Shown here: positions 1-9,871 of the stretch, one piece after another
Layout: each line of letters starts with the position of its first letter
How positions within the stretch are numbered: position 1 is the first letter of the stretch
Source of the DNA: Tortispora ganteri
Lineage: Eukaryota
Assembly (NCBI GenBank): GCA_003707115.1
Contig: PPNB01000024.1
Span: 112,945 to 132,944 of the forward strand
Direction: 5' to 3'
DNA: 20,000 nt
Notes under the pieces: model-generated
The model's input: the letters and a program-made list of their open reading frames with translations, nothing else
Told to the model about the DNA's origin: nothing
Database searches by the model: none
Translations under genes and position numbers: made by a program

Positions 1-3000
1 AAGAAAATCACTGAACGTGCTGAATCTTATGCGAAAGAGAGAGACATGTTTAGAAGATTGGTTTCGTCTAAGCAAGAGCATCATATAACAGTAGAGCACG
101 GCACTCCAGAGTCTAGTAGCCGCATTGAAGAGCTCATGAAACAAAATGAACTTTCTAGCAAAGCCTTGCTTGACCTGCAAGAAGAATACGCCAATTATAG
201 GTCAGAATCAGAAGCTAATATGAAATTGTTGGATTCAAAGGGCCAATCTTTGTCGGACGAATGCCACGAATTGCGCCTTTCTCTGACTAAAGTGCAGTCA
301 CAACTCGAACTTGAGCAAGAAAAGCTGCGAAACATGAATGATCAGTCGCAGTGGCTGAGAAACGAGAACGAGGAACTTAAAGGCCAAGTAAAGAGACTTC
401 AAGAATTTACAAACAAACAAGAAGCTAATTCTCAAAAGACATTTGATGATCTTCTAGAAGCAAAATCCGCACTCGATTCCAAAACCAATGAATTATTGCA
501 AATTAAAGCTGAACGGGAAGTATGGCATAATGTTGAAACTCGACTCATGGATGACAATAAAACCTTAGCATCTGATAAAGCTCGATTGGAAGGCATGGTT
601 CAGAGCCTTCAGTCTCTTCAGGCTGAATACGATGCCAATGAATCTAAAAAGCTGGGTGAATATCAAGCTCGCGTTGAAGAACTGGAGGTTGAATTACGAC
701 AAGTAAACGACAAGTTGGCTGAAGAGCAGGCTGAAATTGGTAAAATAATTTCCAGAAAAGACTCGGAACTAGTTGATTTACAAATCAGACATGATAAAAC
801 GGTCGGAGACCTTGCTGATGTTAGGGAGTCACTTGCAATCGCACGAAGCGAAAAGGCCTCTATTGAGAGAAAGCTTGAGGTAACCACAAACTCATTGAAA
901 TTTGCTGAAGATACAATTAATATTTTGCAAAAATCATCTGCTGATGTGCACAATAAAGGCGCATCTGAAGAAACTACCACTGGAAATGAAATCTCGAACT
1001 TAAGAAGTGCTTTAGAGAATGCCAAATCCGAGTTTGCAGATTGTCAGCGCGAGTTAGAGACATACAAAACATTTGCTGCTGCTAGCGAAGAGGCTCTTGA
1101 GAAAATCACAACTGAGAAGGATGAGATTGTCAAAACTACCTCTGAACAACTTGCACAGAAGGAAGCACGCATTAGTGAACTTGCAGGTGATGTCGAGCGT
1201 CTCGAAGCAGAACTTCATGATACGAAGGCTGAGCTTTCTCAATCGACGAATAATTTTAACACAAAGGTCTCCACGTTGCGAGAAGAGAAGAAAGTAGTCG
1301 AAATGGAGCTACAGGAATTGAGTGTTAAAAGTGAAAATGCCTTTAAAGAGGTTGCTACACTGCGTCAGGAAATTGCCACCCTCAATCAACTTGCTGCTGA
1401 TCTCACCAAAGACAATAAAGAGAATCGCCAGAAGTATTCAGAAGCAGAAAATAGCCTGAATGAAGCACGTGGTGAAGTTTCCAGCTTGACACGAAAGTTG
1501 AAGGAAGCTGAGATTGAGATTTCACATTTGTCAGAAAGGTACTCTTCTGCTGAAGAATCTTGGGACACCCTCAAGATTGATTATCAGACTGAAATTGAAA
1601 ACCTGAAAGTGAAATATGAGGAAGTTTTACGTACTAACGACAACCTGTCCACGCACCTGGAAACTCTTAACCAGAGCTTAGACAGGCTTCGAATCTCGCG
1701 AAATATTTCATTTGGAACTCCAATTAGAGGTTCATCGCATAGCGATAATGAAGACATCAGCATTGGTGAAGGATCAGACATGATTACTGCCCAACTGGGT
1801 GCTGAAAGAAGTCTTCGCGACCTTATATCAGTCCTCACCCGAGACTGCAATACTTTGCGAACGAAATGCGAGTCTCTGCAGCAAGAGAAAGTCGGGATGC
1901 AACAAAGAGAGAGACTCTTGCAGTCTAAGATTGATGATTTGCAAATTACATTGGAACGAATCAAACTTAAGACGTCTACTGATGTTTCCTCGGAGGAATA
2001 CTCACGTCTTGTTGCCGGTATGCGAGAGCTTAACTCTCTTCGAGAGGCTAACGAAATGATGCAAAGCGACTATGCCAAAGCTATTTCTCGAAACGACGAG
2101 CTTACTAAGAAATTAGAAGCGATCAATGAAGATATGGCCCCGCTGAAGGAGAAGCTTAATAACCTTGAGGCTGAAACGGAAGCAAAAGATATGCAAATTG
2201 CTTCATTATCCGATGAGGCTGAAAAGTGGAAAAAGAGATCACAAGAAGTGCTGCACAAATACCAACGCATTGATCCCTCTGAATTGAAAAATATGGAGGA
2301 GAAGATCCAATCTATGGAAAATGAAGCTAGTGAGTTTAATGAGCGAGTTAGCACATATGAGAAGTCTATCTCAGAGTTGCAATCTCGAATTAACGAGCTC
2401 GAGCAAGAACTGCACACCACTCGACAGAACTTTGAAGACGCTACTCGTACAATTGAAAGTCTAAAAGGTGAAGTGTCTGAAAAGGAAGCTAAAATCAAAA
2501 CGACAGAGGAAGAGGCTGCTAAGAAGACCGAGCAACTGTTCAACCAATATCAGCAAAGAATATCTAAGAGAAGAGCTCAATATGAGGAAGCTTCAGCCAA
2601 ACTTAAAGCTGCTGAGGCTGTGATTCAAGAGAAAGAGACCGAAATAGCGACCTTAAAAGCTGCTGGAGGATCCCAGTCAGGTAACTCTTCGGAAGTTGCT
2701 ATGTTAAAGGCTCAAGTTGAAGACCTTACAATGAGTCTAATCGCAAAAGATAAGCAAATAGATGAGCTTAGGCAGAAGGTTTCTGAATTAGAGCAGAAAC
2801 TCAACTCTGCTAATACGGCCACTGAGGCTGATGCCGGTGATGAGAACAATGCTATTGCCTTGAAGAAACTTCAAGATGATATGAACAGTTTGAAACAGGA
2901 GAATGACCGACTGGTATCACAGTTACAGAAGGAGAAATCCGATCTAGAAAAAGCTGTTGCTGATTTGAAAGAGAAAGCTGCTGCATCTACTAGTGAAACC

Positions 3001-3753
3001 AAGGGTTCAGATGAGAAAGTGGCACAACTGAAATCTGAAATTAACGAATTGAAACAGAAAGCTAGTAGTCAATCTTCTGCCAGTACGGCAGATATTGATT
3101 CATTAGTTAACGAAAAGCTAGCTGCCGCTAAGAATCAATGGTTCAATGAAACTGAAGCTCTACGCAAGAAAAATACTGAGCGTGAGATTGAAGCTGTTTC
3201 TCGCCGGTTGAAAGAGAAATTTGACAAAGAAAAAGAAGAGTACCAGAAGAATATTGCCACACCATCTTCTTCTACGCCACCTAATGGACCAAAAGACTTG
3301 TCAAAAGACAAGGCTGCTGATTCTGCTGCACAAGCGATCAAGGCTGCTGAACTGAAGAGCGAGCTGTTAGCAATGAAACTAAAACGTGCAGAAGCTCAGA
3401 TTGCTGAACTGCAAGGTGGGGCTAATAATATTACGAAACCAGCACCTAACGCTGCAAGTACTTCAGCCATGCCGGTGCCAAAACCTTCTGGAATTATTGC
3501 TCCAAGTAAGTTGCCTACAAATTCTCTAGGTTCTGAGACGACGAAAGCCAGCAGTATCCCTGCCCCTACTCTAATGCGACCCACTTTAGCTCGCCCCAGA
3601 CGTGCAACTGAAGGATCCTCAGATGATCACGATACAACTAGCAAAAGAAGCCGACAGAATACTGGTCGAGATACTGAAGAACCTTCAGGCGCCAGTCCTG
3701 CAGAGGAAGCGAGTCCTGTTCCTCTGAAACGCCGCAAAGAAGGCGGTAACTGA
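1..3753 (+). CDS. MLP1: Nuclear pore basket coiled-coil protein Mlp1/TPR family, 5'-truncated by the window edge
   Basis: Frame 1 is open from base 1 (KKITERAESYAKERDMFRRL), so the ATG at 46 is internal. Very long coiled coil with motifs I recognise from fungal Mlp1/TPR: ERDMFRR, the EESW segment of the TPR/MLP1/MLP2 region, and EKWKKRSQEVLHKYQRIDP. Low-complexity S/P/A tail ending in a basic NLS-like PLKRRK. Stop TGA at 3751-3753. Confidence 0.85.
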   Translation, partial: KKITERAESYAKERDMFRRLVSSKQEHHITVEHGTPESSSRIEELMKQNELSSKALLDLQEEYANYRSESEANMKLLDSKGQSLSDECHELRLSLTKVQSQLELEQEKLRNMNDQSQWLRNENEELKGQVKRLQEFTNKQEANSQKTFDDLLEAKSALDSKTNELLQIKAEREVWHNVETRLMDDNKTLASDKARLEGMVQSLQSLQAEYDANESKKLGEYQARVEELEVELRQVNDKLAEEQAEIGKIISRKDSELVDLQIRHDKTVGDLADVRESLAIARSEKASIERKLEVTTNSLKFAEDTINILQKSSADVHNKGASEETTTGNEISNLRSALENAKSEFADCQRELETYKTFAAASEEALEKITTEKDEIVKTTSEQLAQKEARISELAGDVERLEAELHDTKAELSQSTNNFNTKVSTLREEKKVVEMELQELSVKSENAFKEVATLRQEIATLNQLAADLTKDNKENRQKYSEAENSLNEARGEVSSLTRKLKEAEIEISHLSERYSSAEESWDTLKIDYQTEIENLKVKYEEVLRTNDNLSTHLETLNQSLDRLRISRNISFGTPIRGSSHSDNEDISIGEGSDMITAQLGAERSLRDLISVLTRDCNTLRTKCESLQQEKVGMQQRERLLQSKIDDLQITLERIKLKTSTDVSSEEYSRLVAGMRELNSLREANEMMQSDYAKAISRNDELTKKLEAINEDMAPLKEKLNNLEAETEAKDMQIASLSDEAEKWKKRSQEVLHKYQRIDPSELKNMEEKIQSMENEASEFNERVSTYEKSISELQSRINELEQELHTTRQNFEDATRTIESLKGEVSEKEAKIKTTEEEAAKKTEQLFNQYQQRISKRRAQYEEASAKLKAAEAVIQEKETEIATLKAAGGSQSGNSSEVAMLKAQVEDLTMSLIAKDKQIDELRQKVSELEQKLNSANTATEADAGDENNAIALKKLQDDMNSLKQENDRLVSQLQKEKSDLEKAVADLKEKAAASTSETKGSDEKVAQLKSEINELKQKASSQSSASTADIDSLVNEKLAAAKNQWFNETEALRKKNTEREIEAVSRRLKEKFDKEKEEYQKNIATPSSSTPPNGPKDLSKDKAADSAAQAIKAAELKSELLAMKLKRAEAQIAELQGGANNITKPAPNAASTSAMPVPKPSGIIAPSKLPTNSLGSETTKASSIPAPTLMRPTLARPRRATEGSSDDHDTTSKRSRQNTGRDTEEPSGASPAEEASPVPLKRRKEGGN

Positions 3754-3833
3754 GTTTTTGTATGATTTTTATTGTCGACCATATTTATAATATTGACTTT
3801 TTGAATAGGCCTTACCGCCTAGATTTAACCTTA

Positions 3834-6008
3834 TTATTGCTGAGTTCGACTTTTAGTTGTTTTGACATTAACAACGAACTGTTGTAATTTTGTAGGATCT
3901 TTGTAGCCATCTACGCCTTCAACGCCGGAAGAGACGTCAATAATAGCCGGATTCAGATGTAAACAATCATTCACATTATCCGGTGTGAGTCCGCCTGCTA
4001 ATGCGAAAGGTGTATCCAGCGGGATACAGGAAACATCAGTTTTAGTTCCGGTGCCTCCAGCTTCGCTATCATATAGTATGACGTTGTGGTATCCGGGAAT
4101 CATGCTCTGCGGGTCTCCAGGTGTGAATCTATGGATAGTGGGGACGCTGCAAAATCTCGCGTAGTCTACGGGCTCCGAGCCATGTAACTGAATCATGTCG
4201 AACCCGCATTCCTCTGCGATTTTGCATATTTCCAACAGAGGTTGGTTCCTGAACACTCCGACCACTATAGGCCTCAAAGAGGCTTTGCGTCTGATTTCAT
4301 CAATGTTGAATGAGAACCAGTCTTTGGGATACTGAGGGGACGGAATGAACTCCTTCTTTTTTTGTTCGAAAGATTTAACAGCACGGACTATGTCTGCAGC
4401 ATCGTTGATCGAGACAGTGCGCTTGCTGTTTGGGACCATGATAACTCCTATAAGATCTGCACCGGCTTCTACAGCCAATCTTGCATCGCTAACGGTTCTT
4501 ACGCCACATATTTTGACAAGCGGAGCATATTGTATTTGCTTTTGTAACGCATCCACACCCAGCAGTTCTGCAATAAACGTGTTAACGGAACTGGATCGCA
4601 TAAGGCTCTCGCCGACAAGGATACCTCTAACGCCGTCTGCCTCATACTTAGCGACACTTTCCCTATCTGATATTCCACTAAGCGCGCAAAGGATTACACT
4701 GTCAGGCACCATACTCGACAGTGCAGAGGTTGTGTTCATGTCGACTTTGAAGGAATGGAGGTCTCGATTATTAACGCCGATAACCTTTGAACCAATCTGA
4801 AGGGCAACTTGCATTTCTTCTACAGAACTAACCTCGACCAGTGGTTCCATTTGCAGTGATTTCGCAAATGCGTAGAGATCTTGAAGCTCTATTAAGGAAA
4901 GCATTTTAACAATAAGAAGGACAGAATCGGCACCGTACGCACGGGCCTCGAGGATTTGGTAGCGAGAGAGTATAAAGTCTTTTCTGAGAATTGCAGGCCG
5001 ATTAGGGATTGCGTATACCGCAGCTCTGGCAGCACGCATGTCTTCTAAAGAGCCCTTGAACCAGTGCGGTTCTGTGAGAATAGATATAGCAGAGGCGCCC
5101 GCGAGGGCATAAGTTCTGGCTTGAAGAGCGGAGTTTGCGTTTGGATCTATGGGACCTTTTGAGGGAGAAGCACGCTTTATCTCTGCAAGCAGCGCGACAT
5201 TTGCAGAGGGAAGTTTGGACTGGAGACGCGCATAGAAGTCTATAACCGGTGGTGCGAGTCCGAGGTCCAACATGTTTTGGTAGTCTTGGAATCTGTGCCC
5301 TGGGAGCTGCTGGCGTGCTTCGACATCCTTCCTGGTGCGCAAAAATATTTTGTCAAGGATACTTTCGGAGGCTGTAGGTATGACCGGTATAGAGGGCTTT
5401 GAGGCATCCCATGTGCCACCAGTGAGGTTTAAGAAATTTCTAAACATCATGTGTCCCTCTTCTGTGAGGATACTTTCAGGATGGAACTGTACACCTTCTA
5501 CAGTGAGTTTTTTGTGTCTGACGCCCATGATTACGCCAGAATCGGTTCTTGCTGTGACTTCAAGGACATCAGGAACTGTATCTCCAGTAGCAGCTAGCGA
5601 GTGGTACCTTGTAGCGGCGATACGTTGAGGGATACCAGCAAAGATGTGTTTGCCGTCGTGTAGGATCGGCGATGTTTTGCCATGAACAATTTCGCCGGCA
5701 AATTTGATGTCGCCACCGAAATGAAGGAATATGCACTGCTCCCCTAGACAGACACCAAAGATGGGGATCTTGCCGGCAAATGCACGCAAAGCATCCAAGG
5801 AGACACCGGAATCAGTAAGTGGATGGCCCGGTCCAGGTGATATGACTAGATGAGTGGGTTCAAGTGCCTGTATCTCTGCGACGGTGACTTTGTCATTTCT
5901 GAATACCGTGACGGCAGCGCCTTCATGCACTAGGTATTGGTATACGTTCCAGGTGAATGAGTCATAATTGTCGATGAGCACAACGTTGAGGGGAGAATGA
6001 CGTATCAT
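3834..6008 (-). CDS. trpC: Trifunctional tryptophan biosynthesis protein: anthranilate synthase component II (GATase) + indole-3-glycerol-phosphate synthase + phosphoribosylanthranilate isomerase; 724 aa
   Basis: GATase motifs [36 protein letters not shown] motifs [49 protein letters not shown] motifs VKICG, QLHGSE, LAGGL, DVSSGVE. The ORF-track start at 6059 is TTG; the first ATG is at 6008. Confidence 0.96.
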   Translation of the reverse strand: MIRHSPLNVVLIDNYDSFTWNVYQYLVHEGAAVTVFRNDKVTVAEIQALEPTHLVISPGPGHPLTDSGVSLDALRAFAGKIPIFGVCLGEQCIFLHFGGDIKFAGEIVHGKTSPILHDGKHIFAGIPQRIAATRYHSLAATGDTVPDVLEVTARTDSGVIMGVRHKKLTVEGVQFHPESILTEEGHMMFRNFLNLTGGTWDASKPSIPVIPTASESILDKIFLRTRKDVEARQQLPGHRFQDYQNMLDLGLAPPVIDFYARLQSKLPSANVALLAEIKRASPSKGPIDPNANSALQARTYALAGASAISILTEPHWFKGSLEDMRAARAAVYAIPNRPAILRKDFILSRYQILEARAYGADSVLLIVKMLSLIELQDLYAFAKSLQMEPLVEVSSVEEMQVALQIGSKVIGVNNRDLHSFKVDMNTTSALSSMVPDSVILCALSGISDRESVAKYEADGVRGILVGESLMRSSSVNTFIAELLGVDALQKQIQYAPLVKICGVRTVSDARLAVEAGADLIGVIMVPNSKRTVSINDAADIVRAVKSFEQKKKEFIPSPQYPKDWFSFNIDEIRRKASLRPIVVGVFRNQPLLEICKIAEECGFDMIQLHGSEPVDYARFCSVPTIHRFTPGDPQSMIPGYHNVILYDSEAGGTGTKTDVSCIPLDTPFALAGGLTPDNVNDCLHLNPAIIDVSSGVEGVDGYKDPTKLQQFVVNVKTTKSRTQQ

Positions 6009-6191
6009 GTCTATTTTTTTATCGAACAAACCAATTAGCAAGCTCAGAAAAGTCGACAAAAAATTAAAGAAAGAAACAGCGTGTGGCCGCTAGAGTGCGC
6101 ACAGTCGAAAAATCGGCGGGAAAATATGTCTCAGGATATACCCAAGGTCTGCCTAAGTGTTGTGATGTGTGTTCTGAGAATAGATGTAATG

Positions 6192-6199
6192 CCGGGTAA
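6192..6199 (+). promoter_or_regulatory. Reb1-type site (CCGGGTAA) in the divergent trpC/MHP1-family promoter
   Basis: Exact match to the S. cerevisiae Reb1 consensus in a 572-bp divergent intergenic region. Function in this species is unverified. Confidence 0.35.
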
Positions 6200-6580
6200 C
6201 TTACTGGGAGAACCTGCATAGACTTGACTAGTCGTTCCGACGTTCCCCGCAAATCAGGACATGTGCCATAGTTCCCTCGATAAAGTCCGGATTCCTCCCA
6301 AAGCACCACTTACCACCATTTCTGGCAAACACCATCACCACCAATAACGTCGTTCCGATTAGCCTGTGTTTTCCTATATTGCAACGCATCTGCTTTTGTG
6401 CTCACTGACAACACACTGTATCTCTTACTGTGCAGAATATATTTATTTACATTGCCGAACACTTGACATTGTGTGCACGCGCGTCGTGGCCGTTTTCTCT
6501 GTCACCTGACCATCTCCTCCTTACGATCGACCCTGTAGCCTCTTTCAGTAGTATCCACTCACTACTTGGAACAATCTGCC

Positions 6581-9500
6581 ATGACTGTGGACAGTTTGCT
6601 TACCAATGACACATTTGACGATGATGGCGTCTCTAACTCCGACCTAGATTGGATCTCGCCATCGGACTCCGACACTCTTGCCAGTCATCTTGCATCAGGC
6701 CTGTCTATCCAGGTCCCTGCCAAACGTTCGCCCCACGCTCAAGACCTCTCCAATTCAACACTCGAACGCTCTGAATCTAAGGATGATCCCATCTCAAGAT
6801 CACGGCGTGCCGCCTCATGCAGCTCCTCCTCACTTGCATCGGCCCCAATCCCCGAAGATCACACCTTGTCACGCACCACTAGTGCCACCAGCCCTCCTCC
6901 ACGCTGCTCAGAGTTTGACGTGCCCCTGCGACACGTTATCAGTAATGCACCCTCAGCTGTAGAATATTCCCGGGAACGCTACCATCAGACCGGCCGTACA
7001 GGTGCCTCCTGGTTTCGATCTTTCGTCTCCAAACTCAAGAGCGAAAAGGCACCGCATCATGACCCTTCTAAAGACGAGCTGACTCCTTCTCACACCGCCA
7101 ATTCTGGCTCTAGTACTAGCTCTCTCTCTTCTAAATTATACGAGACCGCTAACGGATCTGGAGACCTTAATGCCTCCTTCTCCGGAACCGCTGCTAGAAA
7201 CATCGCGCTTGCTTCCCCTGAAGCACACCCAGATTCCGTCCCTGGCACATCCTACGCCTCATTTCAAGGCTCGTTTAATGGTATAAGCTCTTTTCCACTG
7301 TCGAGTTCGCCCTCAGTTGTCTCCACATCCCCGAGCTCGCCTGGTTCGTTCATATCCAGGTTTCGCCGATCACCCTCTATTGCACAGAGAAGTGCTCCCC
7401 AGCTCGTAGATGACGGCTCGCCAAAACATATGGTGTTGAATAAAAACAACCATCGCAAACAAATGAATTTTGACGGCCTTGAACCTTCAAAATTACGCCG
7501 CGTGGCATTCCGCTTAGATTTATGCGAATCAGAACCGCCCCAGCAGCTGCCTTCGAGAAGAAGTGCTAATTCTAACAAGACTAATGCATCTAAAAAGATC
7601 ACCCCGCCGCCAACTACTGCTATTAAGAAACCTAAACCTGATTGCGCTCCAGAAGAAGACAAAATCAACGCTAAAACAAAAGCGCTGGTCATCGACAAGC
7701 CTATGACAAAAAGCTCATCCTCTAAAGACTTGGCCGATGCAATGAAATCTCAACTCACTGATAAGGGTACATCTTCTTCTGCAACGGCAAGTGATCCTTC
7801 TATGAAGACAACAAAAAGAGTCAAAGCTCCGATATACAGATTTGAGCCTGACGAAGAAGGTAATTTAGACTTGGGCCTCGTATACACCCGATGCTGTCAT
7901 CTGCGTGAAATCATGCCGATTTCCTCTACATTAAGACAAATTGCTGGCCATCACATCAGTTTGTCTTCACTAAAACTCTATAACCGTCGGCCCACCAAGA
8001 TTGAGATCCTCGCTCTTGCCGACTTCATCGCTATTACGCCTATCACTACCGTGATTCTTGACAACAGCACACTAACTGAGGAGATGACAAGAATATTGTT
8101 TTCCTCATTACTGCATTCTTCAAAGCTAGAGAAGCTATCCATGCGTGAAATGGTTATGGAAGATGGCGCTTGGGATCTCCTGTGCTACCTTCTTGCTATT
8201 AATCCTCATATTCGCAAGCTTGATGTATCATACAACGAGAATCTCACGTTGAGTGAAAAAGCAGTGCAAGCGCTTGATGATTTTAATGGTTTAGAAGAAC
8301 TGATTGTCTCTCATAGCCGCATTTCTGGTGATAGATTCAAGAAAGTGTTTACATGTTTTGTGAAATCACAAACTAAACGCATAGGTCTCGGTTATAATGA
8401 CATATCTCTTGAAGATATAAATATGTTTGTTGACAGGATGGAACGTGGGCTGTTGGGTTGTGATGGGCTTGATTTAAGTGGAAACCAGCTTGGCTACGAT
8501 ATAGAACCTTTACTTAATGTTTTGCGAAATGATAATAATATAAGATCACTTGTGTTATGCAACGTTGATTTCCCGCGGACTCTCATTGGCAGCTTGGTTA
8601 ATTCATTGTGTACTATGGAAGGCTTGAAGTTTTTGGACGTCTCATACAACCCTGACTTGCGCCAATCGGCCATTCGAGAACTGATGGGCAAGCTGCACCT
8701 GATCCCGAGTTTGCGCCGAGTGCATCTGAATGGTTTGCAACTCGGGACGTCCGAGCTGATTTTGTTAGCAGAAGAACTGCGAAAATGCAAGAACTTATTG
8801 CATGTTGAACTTAAAGGAATTCCGAAGATTGAAAGGTCTGCGGCCTTAGCTCTTATTGAGGCAGTTCAGCTTTCTGGAAGGATATATGCATTGAATTTTG
8901 ACAATGGTGCAGTTGAAGAGTCGCTGAAAAGGATTCTCACGCACTATTGCATGCTTAATATGGAAGGATATATAGTCCCCTCAGATAAATCTCTAGAAGT
9001 TTCATTTGAGAAAGACGATTTGGCTTCTGGTTACGCTATTGCTGAAGTGGTTGGTGTTTACCAGAAGAATGGCGAAGGAACTGATAAAGACAACTCTAAA
9101 GATTCGTCTGCGGATTCTATGACTGTCCAGAAGAGTCTCATTAATAAAGCAAAACTGATGCAGAACGGGATTCAGAAACGGTTTGCGGATTTGTGTGATC
9201 GTTATACCTGCGATTCTTCAAAACTAAGTGTTCATGAATTTGAACAAATGATCCGCTACAAGTTTCTCGATATAGAGCTGTCTAATGTCCTTAAAGACTC
9301 TGGAGTGAAATCGAGCACCAGCTGCGCTCCTGCATCCTTCCCTAATCTTACTGTGCTACCGCCTGCATCTCAGTCTCAGGAAGAACTTCCTACAGCATTT
9401 ATGAATCAAGACCTAGCTGAAGACAGTACTCACGCTTCGAGCGGCGCGGAGTCGACGAATGATGACGTATTCGGTGAACCTGCGGCATATGATTTTGACG

Positions 9501-9871
9501 TCCCACTTTTGAAACCAGGAACTATTTCTTCAAGGTCTTCGGAGACGTCGTTATATGCTAAAGCGCAAGAACAAGAAGAAGGAGAACTTCACAAGTTGAT
9601 TCTCCATATGGGCCGTCTTGTTAGCGAAAGTAGTGCGTCCGAGCAGGAACGCATCAAGCATGAATCTTCTGGCGTATCTGGAGAAAAATTGCGCAGTCTT
9701 GTTTTGGCTGTGGGTACTGATGAAGTTCGCGACATGTTTGCTAAAATAAGAGAGCAAAACTCTGATAAGTCAGCGTCTGAAGTGTTAGAAAAGCTCATGG
9801 AATCTATTCGTACACGAATTCAATGGGAAAACAATATTTCTAACGACGACGAATTGCAGGATAGCTCTTAG
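6581..9871 (+). CDS. Mhp1/Gip3/Her1-family protein (disordered Ser-rich N-terminus, RVxF motif, RNI-like LRR domain); putative PP1/Glc7 interactor
   Basis: KLRRVAF (7490-7510) is an RVxF-type motif. Family block YTRCCHLREIMPISSTLRQ, followed by LRRs (IRKLDVSYN, LDLSGN, LKFLDVSYN). First ATG at 6581; the track start at 6566 is TTG. The exact paralog cannot be resolved by eye. Confidence 0.8.
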   Translation: MTVDSLLTNDTFDDDGVSNSDLDWISPSDSDTLASHLASGLSIQVPAKRSPHAQDLSNSTLERSESKDDPISRSRRAASCSSSSLASAPIPEDHTLSRTTSATSPPPRCSEFDVPLRHVISNAPSAVEYSRERYHQTGRTGASWFRSFVSKLKSEKAPHHDPSKDELTPSHTANSGSSTSSLSSKLYETANGSGDLNASFSGTAARNIALASPEAHPDSVPGTSYASFQGSFNGISSFPLSSSPSVVSTSPSSPGSFISRFRRSPSIAQRSAPQLVDDGSPKHMVLNKNNHRKQMNFDGLEPSKLRRVAFRLDLCESEPPQQLPSRRSANSNKTNASKKITPPPTTAIKKPKPDCAPEEDKINAKTKALVIDKPMTKSSSSKDLADAMKSQLTDKGTSSSATASDPSMKTTKRVKAPIYRFEPDEEGNLDLGLVYTRCCHLREIMPISSTLRQIAGHHISLSSLKLYNRRPTKIEILALADFIAITPITTVILDNSTLTEEMTRILFSSLLHSSKLEKLSMREMVMEDGAWDLLCYLLAINPHIRKLDVSYNENLTLSEKAVQALDDFNGLEELIVSHSRISGDRFKKVFTCFVKSQTKRIGLGYNDISLEDINMFVDRMERGLLGCDGLDLSGNQLGYDIEPLLNVLRNDNNIRSLVLCNVDFPRTLIGSLVNSLCTMEGLKFLDVSYNPDLRQSAIRELMGKLHLIPSLRRVHLNGLQLGTSELILLAEELRKCKNLLHVELKGIPKIERSAALALIEAVQLSGRIYALNFDNGAVEESLKRILTHYCMLNMEGYIVPSDKSLEVSFEKDDLASGYAIAEVVGVYQKNGEGTDKDNSKDSSADSMTVQKSLINKAKLMQNGIQKRFADLCDRYTCDSSKLSVHEFEQMIRYKFLDIELSNVLKDSGVKSSTSCAPASFPNLTVLPPASQSQEELPTAFMNQDLAEDSTHASSGAESTNDDVFGEPAAYDFDVPLLKPGTISSRSSETSLYAKAQEQEEGELHKLILHMGRLVSESSASEQERIKHESSGVSGEKLRSLVLAVGTDEVRDMFAKIREQNSDKSASEVLEKLMESIRTRIQWENNISNDDELQDSS

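Noticed and set aside
663..3584. Several antisense and alternate-frame ORFs (62-157 aa) inside MLP1
   Set aside because: Ser/Leu/Phe-rich shadows of a Glu/Lys-rich coiled-coil gene; no recognisable motifs.
6009..6059. 17-aa N-terminal extension of TrpC from TTG 6059 (similarly TTG 6566 for the Mhp1-family gene)
   Set aside because: Non-ATG starts from the ORF finder; in-frame ATGs follow and the TrpC homology begins after the ATG.
6064..6309. 81-aa minus-strand ORF upstream of trpC
   Set aside because: GTG start, no motif, lies in promoter DNA.
6196..6538. Possible 5'-UTR intron of the Mhp1-family gene (CTGAC...CAG and CTGAC...TAG)
   Set aside because: Branch-like pentamers are common and there is no convincing canonical donor; not supportable without RNA data.
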